From: an uncultured Verrucomicrobiae bacterium
Lineage (GTDB): Bacteria; Verrucomicrobiota; Verrucomicrobiia; Chthoniobacterales; UBA10450
Assembly (NCBI GenBank): GCA_963815455.1
Contig: CAWFGO010000003.1
Coordinates: forward strand, 128,001 to 192,000
Direction: 5' to 3'
DNA: 64,000 bases
Shown here piece by piece: positions 29,818 through 39,404 of the stretch (its first letter is position 1; each line of letters starts with the position of its first letter). The notes under the pieces are model-generated. The model searched no databases, had not been told where the DNA came from, and saw only the letters and a program-made list of their open reading frames with translations. Position numbers and translations under genes: made by a program.

Positions 29818-31515
29818 CTATGGAATTGGAATCGATGTGCCGGCTTTCGATTTCACGATGGCGACGTCGGACGCAGAGATTAGGCCGCTGGCCGTTACAT
29901 CCGATCGGAAATTCAGGTTCGTGATCGCCTGGCCCAGTTGCGATCTGGTTTGGCTGATGTCGGATGAATCTACGGTGCTGTTAGCGGTTGTGTCGCCCAG
30001 CAGCACACGCATCGGAATTATGACGTTGTTGGCGTTCACTCCGTCACTGACATTTGAAAGTGTGAGGACGATCTGCTGAGCATTTGAGACCCCCGTGAGA
30101 TCGATCGTCGCTTGTGAACCGCTCACCAGTACGCTGCTCACAGTCCCTGTGCCAGTTGTGACGCTCGCGTTGCCGATCGTCACTGGTGTTGCGAACGTTG
30201 CAATCACTTGATGATTGGCGCTCGCGCCGCCACTCCGGCATTCCACTCCAGCACTGCCGCTGAGCGGAAGATCGACATCGAACGCGCCCGCTGCGCCGTG
30301 AATCTTCCGCGAAACGACACCAATTGGCGCCAGCGTGCCGCCGCGCTCAAAGGCGCCTTTGTCAGGCGCGCCATTGCGCAGGTAGTATCGCTGATCTTTT
30401 GTCGGGGCGTTCGGATCACCCGTGTCAATCGCCGGACTTCCCGGCAAAAGCGCGATTGTCTGCGTCGGCCCGCCATTGTTCTGCAATCCAGCCGGATCAA
30501 GCATCGGATCGGTATTGATCTGATCACCCGGCCCCATCAGATAACCTCCGCCGTCATCGCTGCTAAGGTTATAGCCGTCCGATGTGATCGTTCCACCGTT
30601 GTTGAAGATGTTTTGTCCCGATGCGCCGGCATCAAGTATCGTGTTGGAAATGTGCACCGCCGAACCGGCCAGGGCGCCGTAGATTCCGCCGCCCGAAGCG
30701 GCTGAGTTGCCGCTGATCGTGCTGCTGGCAATCGTCACGGATCCGATAGTGTTATAGATTCCGCCGCCCGAAGCGGCTGAGTTGCCGCTAATCGTGCTGT
30801 TGATAATTGTCAGACTACCGAAGCTGTTATAGATACCGCCGCCTTGCTGGCTGGACGAGTTGCCGCGGATTGTGCTGTTGCTAATCGTGATATTCGCCGA
30901 GCCCTCGAACGCCTCGGTATAGATTCCGGTACCCGAGTTGTCGCTCACCGTGCTATCGATGACGGTTACGCTCGCCGCTTCCATGAACGCTCGAGTGTAG
31001 ATGCCGTTCGCGTTGTTACTAATAATGCTGTTAGCGACGGTTAGCGATGCGCCAGGGACGGCTAGCGTGCCATCTGCGTTGTTGTAAAACCCCGAGTTGG
31101 CACCGACAACGCAGTTGCTCACGCTCAATGTGCTGTGCTCGTTTACGATCAGGCCGTTTTTAATGGTTAGGCCCGAAATCGTGACGGTCCGGTCCCCAGC
31201 CCCGGCCCAATTGATCCGAAACACAACGCTTTGTTGGTTGGCCTCAATCGAAAGTTGAGTGGCGCCAGGTCCCGATATGTTCACGTTTGTATTGACGTCA
31301 ATTCCTCCGCTCGTCAGGCTAATCGTCTGCCCTTTGAGCGCGGGATCGAAATTGATCGTGTCACCGTCGTTCGCATCGATGAGAGCCTGACGCAATGATC
31401 CAAGACCGCTGTCGTTGGTGTTGATAACGGTGAGCGTCGCCGCGTCGGCGCTTGCGTTGCACCATGCTGAGACCCAAATCACAGCAAAGATACTTAAACT
31501 GAACTGCCTCGACAT
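29818..31515 (-). CDS. Secreted beta-helix (Pmp-like GGGIY repeat) protein with C-terminal Ig-like plus dockerin-like module
   Basis: TVINTNDSGLGSLRQA, repeats STISGNSAASGGGIY, LQNNGGPTQTIALLPGSPAIDTG, tail VVSRKIHG...GDTTANSTVDSSD. Confidence 0.85.
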   Translation of the reverse strand: MSRQFSLSIFAVIWVSAWCNASADAATLTVINTNDSGLGSLRQALIDANDGDTINFDPALKGQTISLTSGGIDVNTNVNISGPGATQLSIEANQQSVVFRINWAGAGDRTVTISGLTIKNGLIVNEHSTLSVSNCVVGANSGFYNNADGTLAVPGASLTVANSIISNNANGIYTRAFMEAASVTVIDSTVSDNSGTGIYTEAFEGSANITISNSTIRGNSSSQQGGGIYNSFGSLTIINSTISGNSAASGGGIYNTIGSVTIASSTISGNSAASGGGIYGALAGSAVHISNTILDAGASGQNIFNNGGTITSDGYNLSSDDGGGYLMGPGDQINTDPMLDPAGLQNNGGPTQTIALLPGSPAIDTGDPNAPTKDQRYYLRNGAPDKGAFERGGTLAPIGVVSRKIHGAAGAFDVDLPLSGSAGVECRSGGASANHQVIATFATPVTIGNASVTTGTGTVSSVLVSGSQATIDLTGVSNAQQIVLTLSNVSDGVNANNVIIPMRVLLGDTTANSTVDSSDISQTRSQLGQAITNLNFRSDVTASGLISASDVAIVKSKAGTSIPIP

Positions 31516-31628
31516 CTCTGTTTCGCCCAAGCCAAGCGGACATAGGGCCCTCACTCTTGCAAACTAGTACAATATGAAGTCCATTCGGCGGCGATGTCGA
31601 TCCTAAAAAACTGGAAGCGCTTCGGCGA

Positions 31629-32657
31629 ATGAAAAAGCTCCTGCTCACCCTTCTCCAGCTGGTTGTCACGGTTGCCCTACTGATTTGGGTTTATCACGAC
31701 CCGAACAAGCGAGCGCAGATGGCGGAGGCATTGAGCGAGGCGCATTATCGCTGGGTTGCGATCGCGATCCTCTGTTACATCATCGTGGAAGGTGCGGCCG
31801 CGTTTCGCTGGTGGGTCCTCCTAAAGGTTCAGGGAATCCATCTTGGCTTTTCGCGTTTGTCCGGGCTCTTCCTGATCGGCATGTTTTACAACCAGTTTCT
31901 TCCCGGCGGAACCGGCGGCGATATTATTAAGAGCTACTTTCTGCTCAAGGAAACGCCTAATAAGAAGGCCGGCGCCCTGCTCGCGGTCGTGTTCGATCGA
32001 TTGATCGGCCTCGTCGCCCTTGTCAGTATCACGGGCACGCTTGTCATTCTGCGTTACCATTGGCTGGCCCAGACTCCGGAAACGCGGCGCCTGCTCTGGA
32101 TTCTGCTGCTCTTGCTGGGCAGCTCCATACTTGGCCTGTTGACCAGTTTTATCATCAGCGGTTTCAACCTCTTCCATTCGTTACCGGAGAAATTCCCGGG
32201 CCGGGAAAAGCTGATCGAGATTGCTGCCGCTTATCATCTGTATGCCCATCACTGGCGAGCAACACTGGTGGCATTGGGCGCTTCGATCCTCGCTCACCTG
32301 GCGACATTCATGACCTTCCTTTGCGCCGCTTATGCCCTACGCGCCAATGTTGCTGTCGTGGACTTCTTCGCCGTTATGCCGATCGAACGAACAATCTCGG
32401 CCCTGCCAATCAGTTTCGCCGGCGTCGGTATTCGCGAAAAAGTGCTCCAGATCATGTTGAATGGCCTGTGCGGCATTCCGGAATCGGTCGCCGTGCTGAT
32501 TGGCTCGCTTAGTTTTCTCGTCATGCTGCTTTGTTCCGCTCCCGGCGCAGTCGTCTATTTCTTCTACAAGCCCAGTGTCGCGATCGCTCACGTAAAACTG
32601 CGCGACATGAAACAGGAGGTCGCGACACTCGAGCATGAAATCGCCGAAGCGGAATAA
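31629..32657 (+). CDS. Lysylphosphatidylglycerol synthase TM-domain (flippase-like) protein
   Basis: IGMFYNQFLPGGTGGD, DRLIG, ALPISFAGVGIRE. Confidence 0.85.
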   Translation: MKKLLLTLLQLVVTVALLIWVYHDPNKRAQMAEALSEAHYRWVAIAILCYIIVEGAAAFRWWVLLKVQGIHLGFSRLSGLFLIGMFYNQFLPGGTGGDIIKSYFLLKETPNKKAGALLAVVFDRLIGLVALVSITGTLVILRYHWLAQTPETRRLLWILLLLLGSSILGLLTSFIISGFNLFHSLPEKFPGREKLIEIAAAYHLYAHHWRATLVALGASILAHLATFMTFLCAAYALRANVAVVDFFAVMPIERTISALPISFAGVGIREKVLQIMLNGLCGIPESVAVLIGSLSFLVMLLCSAPGAVVYFFYKPSVAIAHVKLRDMKQEVATLEHEIAEAE

Positions 32658-33369
32658 GCGAGCGCCCGCCCGCCGAAGATCGACATCTGTTCGTCCGTTC
32701 GTCATGGCTACATTCGCCATGACCGTGGACGGCAAGATCACCACGAAAAATTTCTCGCCCGTCGATTTCACTTCGCCCGAAGACAAGATGCATTTGTTCC
32801 GGCAACGCGCGCTTGCTGACGCCGTGCTGGTTGGGCACACAACCTTGGAGCGAGATAATGTGCGCCTCGGTCTCCCGCTGAATCTTCAGGAAGAACGAAT
32901 CAAACACGGGCAAACCCGAGCGCCTCTGCGCGTGATCGTTTCCAATCGGGGCAGGATCGACAATCGTCTGAAGATTTTTCGATCCGATATTTCGCCAATC
33001 TTGATTTTCTCTACAACGGGAATGCCGAAGAAATTTCAATCCGCGCTGGGGAAGAAAGCGACATTGCATTTGAGCCGATCCAAACATGTCGATCTTGCCG
33101 GCATGCTGCGGACACTGCGGACCAAATATCGCGTGCGCAAGGTCGCCTGCGAAGGCGGGGCGACCCTTTTTCGATCGCTGCTCGAGCGTGGCCTGGTCGA
33201 TCAGCTCAATCTCACCATTGCGCCTTACCTGTTCGGTGGCGCCGGCGCTCCGACGCTCACCGGTCTGAGCAAGGATTTTCTCCCGGCCAGCGTACACTGC
33301 CGCCTCATCGACATGCGCGCGATTGGCGCTGAATGCTTTCTGACCTACCGAATCAAACGCAAGCGCTGA
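32635..33369 (+). CDS. RibD C-terminal-type reductase (DHFR fold)
   Basis: AMTVDGKI, DAVLVGHTTL, CEGGATL, VDQLNLTIAPYLFGG. Confidence 0.85.
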   Translation: MKSPKRNKRAPARRRSTSVRPFVMATFAMTVDGKITTKNFSPVDFTSPEDKMHLFRQRALADAVLVGHTTLERDNVRLGLPLNLQEERIKHGQTRAPLRVIVSNRGRIDNRLKIFRSDISPILIFSTTGMPKKFQSALGKKATLHLSRSKHVDLAGMLRTLRTKYRVRKVACEGGATLFRSLLERGLVDQLNLTIAPYLFGGAGAPTLTGLSKDFLPASVHCRLIDMRAIGAECFLTYRIKRKR

Positions 33370-33371
33370 TC

Positions 33372-33851
33372 ATGCAGAAAAACAATTCAATTCTCATTCG
33401 CGCGCCGAAGATGTCGATCTTCGAGACGGCGGCGAACCTGGAGCTTTGGCCGAAGATTTTGCCGCACTACCGCTACATTCGTTATCTCGAGCGCAGCCCG
33501 AATCGAAATATCGTGGTGATGGCGGCCACGCGCTCGGGGATTCCGATTTCATGGACCTCGGAACAGATTATTGACCGCGACAAATGCGAAGTGCGCTTCA
33601 ATCATCTGAAAGCCTTCACCAAGGGGATGCAGGTCGTCTGGACGTTTGGGGAAACTCCGGAGGGCGTCCTCGTTGAAATCGTGCACGACATGCGGTTTCG
33701 CATTCCTGCGCTGGCGCCGATTTTCGATCCTCTCATCGGCAATTTCTTCATTCACAACGTTGCCAACAAAACTTTGCGTTGTATGAAGGTCTATGTCGAA
33801 GGTCAGCAAACCTGTAGCGGCGATCTCCGACCGCCGGGAGTGATTGCATGA
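33372..33851 (+). CDS. SRPBCC/polyketide cyclase-aromatase family protein
   Basis: LELWPKILPHY...WTSEQ...F.H...GMQVVW.F pattern; overlaps the ketosynthase start. Confidence 0.75.
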   Translation: MQKNNSILIRAPKMSIFETAANLELWPKILPHYRYIRYLERSPNRNIVVMAATRSGIPISWTSEQIIDRDKCEVRFNHLKAFTKGMQVVWTFGETPEGVLVEIVHDMRFRIPALAPIFDPLIGNFFIHNVANKTLRCMKVYVEGQQTCSGDLRPPGVIA

Positions 33852-35089
33852 GCCGAAGACGCGTTGTCATCACCGGAATCGGTCCGATCACCTGCATCGG
33901 ACGTGGTCGCGAAAATTTCTGGAACGGCATTTTGGCCGAAAAGACCGGGATCGGCCCGATCTCGAGTTTCGATAACAGCGCGTTCAACGTTCGCTGCGCG
34001 GGCGAGATTCGCGATTGGAATGCGGAGGAATTTTTCGCGCCGCATCGACTGAAACGGCTCGATCGATACGCCCAGTTTGCCGTTGCCTCCGCGAAGCTGG
34101 CTCTTGATGACGCCGGAATCGATTACTCTCACGATCGTCCGCAGGATCGAATCGGCGTGAGCTTCGGCACCGCGCTGGGGGGCGTGTGCAAGGCCGAAGA
34201 ACAGTACATTCGGTTCTTAAAGAAAGGCGCCCGCGGTGTGCAGCCGACTTTGGCCGTCCAGGTTTTCGGGGGCTCGGCCCATTCCAACATCGCCATCGAT
34301 TTCGGTTTTCGTGGTGTCGGCACGACCAATTCAAATAGTTGCGCCAGTGGCACCGTGTCGGTCGGCGAGGCGCTTCGTTACATTCGGGACGATTTCGCCG
34401 ATGTGATCGTGGCCGGAGGGGCGGAAGCTCCACTGACCGCTATCACTGTGGGCGCGTTCGACATCATCAAGACGATGAGTCGCAATGAAGATCCGGCGCA
34501 GGCGTCTCGCCCGTTCGATCTTTTGCGCGACGGCTTTGTCATGGGCGAAGGCGCGGCCTCACTCGTTCTCGAGGAGATTGGACATGCGCGCAGTCGTGGT
34601 GCGCATATCTATGCCGAAGTGCTCGGTTACAGCCTGAACAACGACGCTTTTCACATGACCACACCGTTGCCGACGGGAGAATCGTGCGTGCGAGCGATGC
34701 GAGATGCACTGGCCGATGCTGAACTCGCTTCAAGCAAGATCGATTATATCAATGCCCACGCCAGCTCGACTCAGCTAAACGACAGCGCTGAGACCGCGTC
34801 GATCAAACAAGTCTTTGGCGACCACGCCAAAAAGATTCCGGTCAGCGGCACCAAGGGTTATCATGCCCATCCGCTCGGCGCGACCGGCGCGATCGAAGCG
34901 GCGTTGTGCGCGCTGGCCCTAGATCGACAATGGATTCCGCCCACGATCAACTATCGAAATCCCGATCCTGCGTGCGATCTCGATGTTGTGCCAAATCACG
35001 GCCGTAGCGCCGAGTTGAATTATGTCCTGAGCAATTCGTTCGGCTTCGGCGGAATCAACGCCTGCGTGGTTCTCGGGAAAGCCAGGTAG
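33848..35089 (+). CDS. Beta-ketoacyl-ACP synthase (FabF/KS-alpha-like)
   Basis: RRVVITGIG, NSCASG, INAHASST, GYHAHPLGA, SNSFGFGGIN. Confidence 0.9.
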   Translation: MSRRRVVITGIGPITCIGRGRENFWNGILAEKTGIGPISSFDNSAFNVRCAGEIRDWNAEEFFAPHRLKRLDRYAQFAVASAKLALDDAGIDYSHDRPQDRIGVSFGTALGGVCKAEEQYIRFLKKGARGVQPTLAVQVFGGSAHSNIAIDFGFRGVGTTNSNSCASGTVSVGEALRYIRDDFADVIVAGGAEAPLTAITVGAFDIIKTMSRNEDPAQASRPFDLLRDGFVMGEGAASLVLEEIGHARSRGAHIYAEVLGYSLNNDAFHMTTPLPTGESCVRAMRDALADAELASSKIDYINAHASSTQLNDSAETASIKQVFGDHAKKIPVSGTKGYHAHPLGATGAIEAALCALALDRQWIPPTINYRNPDPACDLDVVPNHGRSAELNYVLSNSFGFGGINACVVLGKAR

Positions 35090-35158
35090 GGACGTTTCTC
35101 CGAAACGTCCGACTAATCGATTCCAGTATTACGGACGCGCCGGAGGTGCGTCCCTACC
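35085..35158. repeat. GGTAGGGACG...CGTCCCTACC REP doublet between convergent fabF-like gene and trmD
   Basis: Inverted arms; a second copy at 59480-59560. Confidence 0.82.
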
Positions 35159-35875
35159 TGATAGTAAATCAGGCCGATTCGCGCGTGTGCGCTTTGCGCT
35201 TTGCTCTTTCCGCCACTTCGCGATCTCGGCGTGATTTCCGGAAAACAGAATCTCCGGAACCTTCCAGCCGCGGAAATCAGCCGGGCGTGTATACTGTGGC
35301 GCTTCGAGCAGACCGGTACTGAAACTGTCATCAGCCGCGGAGTTTTCATCACCGAGCACCCCCGGCAGCAATCGAACCACCGCATCGACAAGAACAACCG
35401 CGGCGATTGCCCCATTGGTCAGAACATAGTCGCCGATCGAAATCTCAAGATCGACCAGGTGCTCGATTACGCGATGATCGACTCCTTCATAGTGACCACA
35501 AATTATTATTAGGTGCGATTCGCGGGATAACTCCTCCGCCGTTGACTGAACAAAACGTCGTCCCGCCGGTGACATCAGAATCACTTTCGGTTTCTGTAAT
35601 TGGACGTTGGGTGTTGGACGTTGGGCGTTGGACATTTTCTGCCTTTCATCACGCAGCTCCTCCACCGCCGCAAAAATCGGCTCCGGTTTCATCACCATCC
35701 CCTGCCCTCCTCCGAACGGAGCGTCGTCCACCACGTGATGTTTGTCGGTGGTCCAGTCCCGCAGGTTATGAATGCGAAGATCGACAATTTCTTTTTCCTG
35801 CGCCCGCTTCATGATGCTCTCGTTCAGCGGCGCACGGCAGATCTCTGGAAAAAGCGTGAGGATGTCGATCTTCAT
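35129..35875 (-). CDS. trmD: tRNA (guanine37-N1)-methyltransferase
   Basis: [42 protein letters not shown]. Confidence 0.96.
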   Translation of the reverse strand: MKIDILTLFPEICRAPLNESIMKRAQEKEIVDLRIHNLRDWTTDKHHVVDDAPFGGGQGMVMKPEPIFAAVEELRDERQKMSNAQRPTPNVQLQKPKVILMSPAGRRFVQSTAEELSRESHLIIICGHYEGVDHRVIEHLVDLEISIGDYVLTNGAIAAVVLVDAVVRLLPGVLGDENSAADDSFSTGLLEAPQYTRPADFRGWKVPEILFSGNHAEIAKWRKEQSAKRTRANRPDLLSGRDAPPARP

Positions 35876-35968
35876 TCCATTTTCACACAACGGTCACAAC
35901 GGATACCAAGGGAACAAATCAAGCTCTCCTTGGCCGTTGTTTCCTTTGTGTCCTTTGTGAGAAAAGAA

Positions 35969-36199
35969 CTACTCGACGATCTCGAGCGTGGCGCGCTGGC
36001 CGTGTCGCGACGCGGAACTATTTAGCAATGCGCGAATGGCCTGAATCGTCTGGCCGTTGCGCCCGATAATGCGCCCGACATCGCTTTGACGCAGCTGGAG
36101 CTTGAAAATAGTTGTTTTGCCGCCTGGAATTTCCGTGAGCATCATCTCGTCGGGAAACTCCACGAGCTGGCGAATGATGAACTCGAGAAATTCTTTCAT
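35969..36199 (-). CDS. khpA: KH-domain RNA-binding protein
   Basis: [17 protein letters not shown]; lies between rpsP and trmD. Confidence 0.9.
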   Translation of the reverse strand: MKEFLEFIIRQLVEFPDEMMLTEIPGGKTTIFKLQLRQSDVGRIIGRNGQTIQAIRALLNSSASRHGQRATLEIVE

Positions 36200-36612
36200 G
36201 CCGACTCGGGCGGCGGGGGTGCAGTCGTTTCGGCTGGCGGAGGCGTTGTATCAGCTGCTTCAGCCGGTGGAGGTGTTCCCGTCGGCTCACTTGCAACGGA
36301 AACTGGCGGAGCCACTGTCGCGCGTGCAGCTTTTTTTGCTGCCGCCGCTTCAGCTGCTTTCGCCGCAGCCTCTGGGTTCTTGTTTTTCTTGATCAAGCTT
36401 CGCACCGTGTCGGACGGCTGGGCGCCTTTGCTGATCCAGTATTCGGCCCGATCGAGTTTGAGCGTGCTGTTGTTGCCGGCCTTCTTCGGATCGTAGGTGC
36501 CGATAATTTCGATGAATTTGCCATCGCGCGGGCTTCTGCTGTCCGCGACGACTACTTTATAATACGGGCTATTTAGCGACCCTTCTCTGCGTAATCTGAT
36601 TGAAACTGCCAT
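36196..36612 (-). CDS. rpsP: 30S ribosomal protein S16 with Ala/Pro-rich tail
   Basis: [33 protein letters not shown]. Confidence 0.96.
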   Translation of the reverse strand: MAVSIRLRREGSLNSPYYKVVVADSRSPRDGKFIEIIGTYDPKKAGNNSTLKLDRAEYWISKGAQPSDTVRSLIKKNKNPEAAAKAAEAAAAKKAARATVAPPVSVASEPTGTPPPAEAADTTPPPAETTAPPPPESA

Positions 36613-36613
36613 G

Positions 36614-37933
36614 TTATTTTTTCATTCGCGCCATTTGCGCCATCATTTTTTTCATTTTCCCCGTGCTCTTCATCATTTTGCGCATTTGATCGAAACGCCG
36701 GAGCAAATCGTTCACCTGCGTGACGGTCGTGCCGCTTCCACGCGCGATGCGCTGACGCCGCCGCGCATTTAAGATGTCGGGGCGGGTCCGCTCCTCGCTG
36801 GTCATCGAAAGCACAATGGCTTCCGTGCGCTTGAGCTGCTTCTCGTCAACTGAGAGGCCCTGCACGTTACCCATCCCGGGCAACATGCCAAGAATATTCT
36901 CCAAAGGGCCCATTTTTTTCATCATTCTGAATTGGGCCAGGAAATCGTTGAAATCGAACGATGCGCTCCGCAATTTGCGCTCCATCCGCGCGGCTTCCTC
37001 CTCATCTACTGCTTCGGCCGCCTTTTCGACCAGGCCAACCACGTCGCCCATTCCAAGAATTCGTCCGGCCAGACGGTCCGGAACAAAAAGCTCGAACTGA
37101 TCGAGTTTTTCTCCGGTTCCGGCAAACTTGATCGGACGTTGGGTGACGGCCCGCATCGACAGCGCCGCCCCGCCGCGGGCATCCCCATCGAGCTTGGTTA
37201 AAATAATTCCCGTGATCTGAAGCGCCTCGTTAAAATGCGTGGCCACGCTCACGGCGCGTTGACCGGTGGCAGCGTCGACCACGAGTAGAATTTCCTGCGG
37301 CTGCAAGAAATCGCTCAGCGCTTTGATCTCGTCGATCAACGGTCGATCGATCTCCTGGCGGCCGGCCGTGTCGAAGATGTCGATGTTGGCTGATTGCTGC
37401 TCCGCCCATTCCAGACTGGCGGCGGCGGCGCGCTCCACATTTTTCTCGCTCGAATCGGGCCTGAACACAGGCACATCAATTTGTTTTCCCAGTGTGGCCA
37501 ACTGTTCGATCGCCGCCGGCCGTTGCAAATCGCAGGCGACCAGGACCGGCGTGCGTCCTTGTTTTTTCAAGAAATGCGCGAGTTTCGCCGAGGACGTTGT
37601 TTTGCCGGAACCATTGAGACCCACGATCAAAATTCGCGTTTTTTCTGCCAGGCGCAGGGGCTCGGAATTGCCGCCCAGCAACGCGGTCAATTCTTCATGA
37701 AAAATCTTAACGATCTGCTGGCCTGGGGTGATGCTGCGCACGACCTCTTCGCCCAGCGCTTTTTCTTTAACCCGGGAAATGAAATCTTTAGCCACCTGAA
37801 AATCGACATCGGCCTCAAGCAAGGCCAGCCGGACCTGCCGTAAGGCGCTGTCGATGTTCGTCTCGCTGATCCTGCCGTGACCGCGCAGGTCTTTGAAGAT
37901 GTCCTGAAGCTTGTCGCTGAGCTGTGGAAACAT
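36614..37933 (-). CDS. ffh: Signal recognition particle protein
   Basis: [26 protein letters not shown], Met-rich M domain. Confidence 0.96.
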   Translation of the reverse strand: MFPQLSDKLQDIFKDLRGHGRISETNIDSALRQVRLALLEADVDFQVAKDFISRVKEKALGEEVVRSITPGQQIVKIFHEELTALLGGNSEPLRLAEKTRILIVGLNGSGKTTSSAKLAHFLKKQGRTPVLVACDLQRPAAIEQLATLGKQIDVPVFRPDSSEKNVERAAAASLEWAEQQSANIDIFDTAGRQEIDRPLIDEIKALSDFLQPQEILLVVDAATGQRAVSVATHFNEALQITGIILTKLDGDARGGAALSMRAVTQRPIKFAGTGEKLDQFELFVPDRLAGRILGMGDVVGLVEKAAEAVDEEEAARMERKLRSASFDFNDFLAQFRMMKKMGPLENILGMLPGMGNVQGLSVDEKQLKRTEAIVLSMTSEERTRPDILNARRRQRIARGSGTTVTQVNDLLRRFDQMRKMMKSTGKMKKMMAQMARMKK

Positions 37934-37961
37934 GACGTTAGTCTCTTGAGGGAAAGAATCG

Positions 37962-38009
37962 TTTCGGCGAGGCGCCGAAACCAGCACGCGAGGGCGCGTG
38001 CGCTCCCCA
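37962..38009. repeat. Solo REP matching the right arm of the metH RAYT cassette
   Basis: TTTCGGCGAGGCGCCGAAACCAGCACGCGAGGGCGCGTGCGCTCCCCA compared with 43264-43310. Confidence 0.85.
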
Positions 38010-38025
38010 TATCGTCATCGCGCAG

Positions 38026-39273
38026 CTATTTCTTCGGAGCCGGTGCGCCGGTGGCGGCTTCTTCAATTCCAAAAGTCCAGTGCGCTTCGATCTTCTTGCC
38101 TTCGGATTTTGCCGTCAGAATTACCGTGCAAGTGTTGTCGCGCAGTTTCTGCGTCACCTGGTAGGAGGCGGTTCCGGTTTTGGGGTCGTAGCTGGCCGGA
38201 ACCAATCCCAGACCACTCATGCGCATTTGCACACTGGCCGGATCGATCTGACCAATCGAACTCAAGTTCGCCTTGATCAACGGCAGGGCCGTTCTGATCG
38301 TTTCACCATCCGTTGGCTGTGTTTGGAGATTATCGGCTCCGACCGCTGCGACGGCCGATGCGCCACCCGTGGAAGTGCCGATCATCTTGATCGCATCGGC
38401 AAACACCTTTGGTTTGTTGGCTTCGATGGCGTAACGACCCAACGAATCGAGCGACGAAGTAAACGTGAGGGGCTGCCCATAAACGGTGAACATTGCTTCG
38501 TAGCCGGCATTCCGGGCGACTTCCTTGACGTGTTCGTTGTAATTACCGAACGGCACGGCGTAGCAATTGACCTTGATCGCCAGCTTTTGCTCGAGCAAGT
38601 CTTTGCAGCCGACGACTTCTTTCTGCAGCCATTGCTCGTAGTCGGCGCCGGTCAGTTTCTTCTTGGTTCTCTTCCCGCCGGGCTCGAAAATCGTGATGGT
38701 ATGTCCTTCGCGCAGGTCCTGATGGGTCGCAGAGTGCGCCTCGATATCGACCCCATTGTCGCGCATATCCGCGAGCTGCTCCCAGGTGATGGCTTCGCCT
38801 CCGCCTAACAGATTACCTCGTATTCCCTCGGTATAAATGAAGAGGGTAACCGGATAACCGTATTTTTTTAGAATCGGCCAGGCCACTTCATATTGCGACT
38901 TCCAGCCGTCGTCGAAAGAGATGACCGCACAACGCGGCGGAATATTTTTCTCTCCCCGCCTCCAGGCCAGATAATCCTGAAGCCCGATTACCGTAATGCC
39001 TTTGTCCTTCAGCATTTTCATTTGCGCTTCAAAGTCGGCCGTTTTGATCTCGGTCCCTGGATAGCGGACTTTATCGACAAGCCGGTGGTAACAAAAAATA
39101 ATGGTCTGGGCCGTTTGATCGACAACGGTCCGGCCGGCTTTCGACGCCGAGGGATTCGTGGCGGCAGCCGGGGCCGGATTAGCCGCTGGCGCGCCGGCAG
39201 CGAACGCGTCGCATTCGAAAGTGAGGATGCCAAGCGCCAAAAACAAAAACGAAAGGAAAAATCGGTTGATCAT
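38026..39273 (-). CDS. Secreted polysaccharide deacetylase (CE4)
   Basis: FCYHR, SFDDG, AHSATH, AVPFG; signal peptide. Confidence 0.88.
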   Translation of the reverse strand: MINRFFLSFLFLALGILTFECDAFAAGAPAANPAPAAATNPSASKAGRTVVDQTAQTIIFCYHRLVDKVRYPGTEIKTADFEAQMKMLKDKGITVIGLQDYLAWRRGEKNIPPRCAVISFDDGWKSQYEVAWPILKKYGYPVTLFIYTEGIRGNLLGGGEAITWEQLADMRDNGVDIEAHSATHQDLREGHTITIFEPGGKRTKKKLTGADYEQWLQKEVVGCKDLLEQKLAIKVNCYAVPFGNYNEHVKEVARNAGYEAMFTVYGQPLTFTSSLDSLGRYAIEANKPKVFADAIKMIGTSTGGASAVAAVGADNLQTQPTDGETIRTALPLIKANLSSIGQIDPASVQMRMSGLGLVPASYDPKTGTASYQVTQKLRDNTCTVILTAKSEGKKIEAHWTFGIEEAATGAPAPKK

Positions 39274-39404
39274 AAGGAGGTAAGAGGCCTTTATGCGCAG
39301 CAGCGCAAAAAACAAGCAGTTTTTGCATCTGATCGTTTCGAAAATGAGGCTCAGGGGAAAAACGGGGTGGCACAGAAGACGCTTCGTTGTTATCTATTTA
39401 AGAG

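Noticed and set aside
30681..30790. 34-bp direct repeat in the beta-helix gene as a DGR or mobile signature
   Set aside because: It is an in-frame duplication of one SGNSAASGGGIY coil; no reverse transcriptase or adenine-specific variation.
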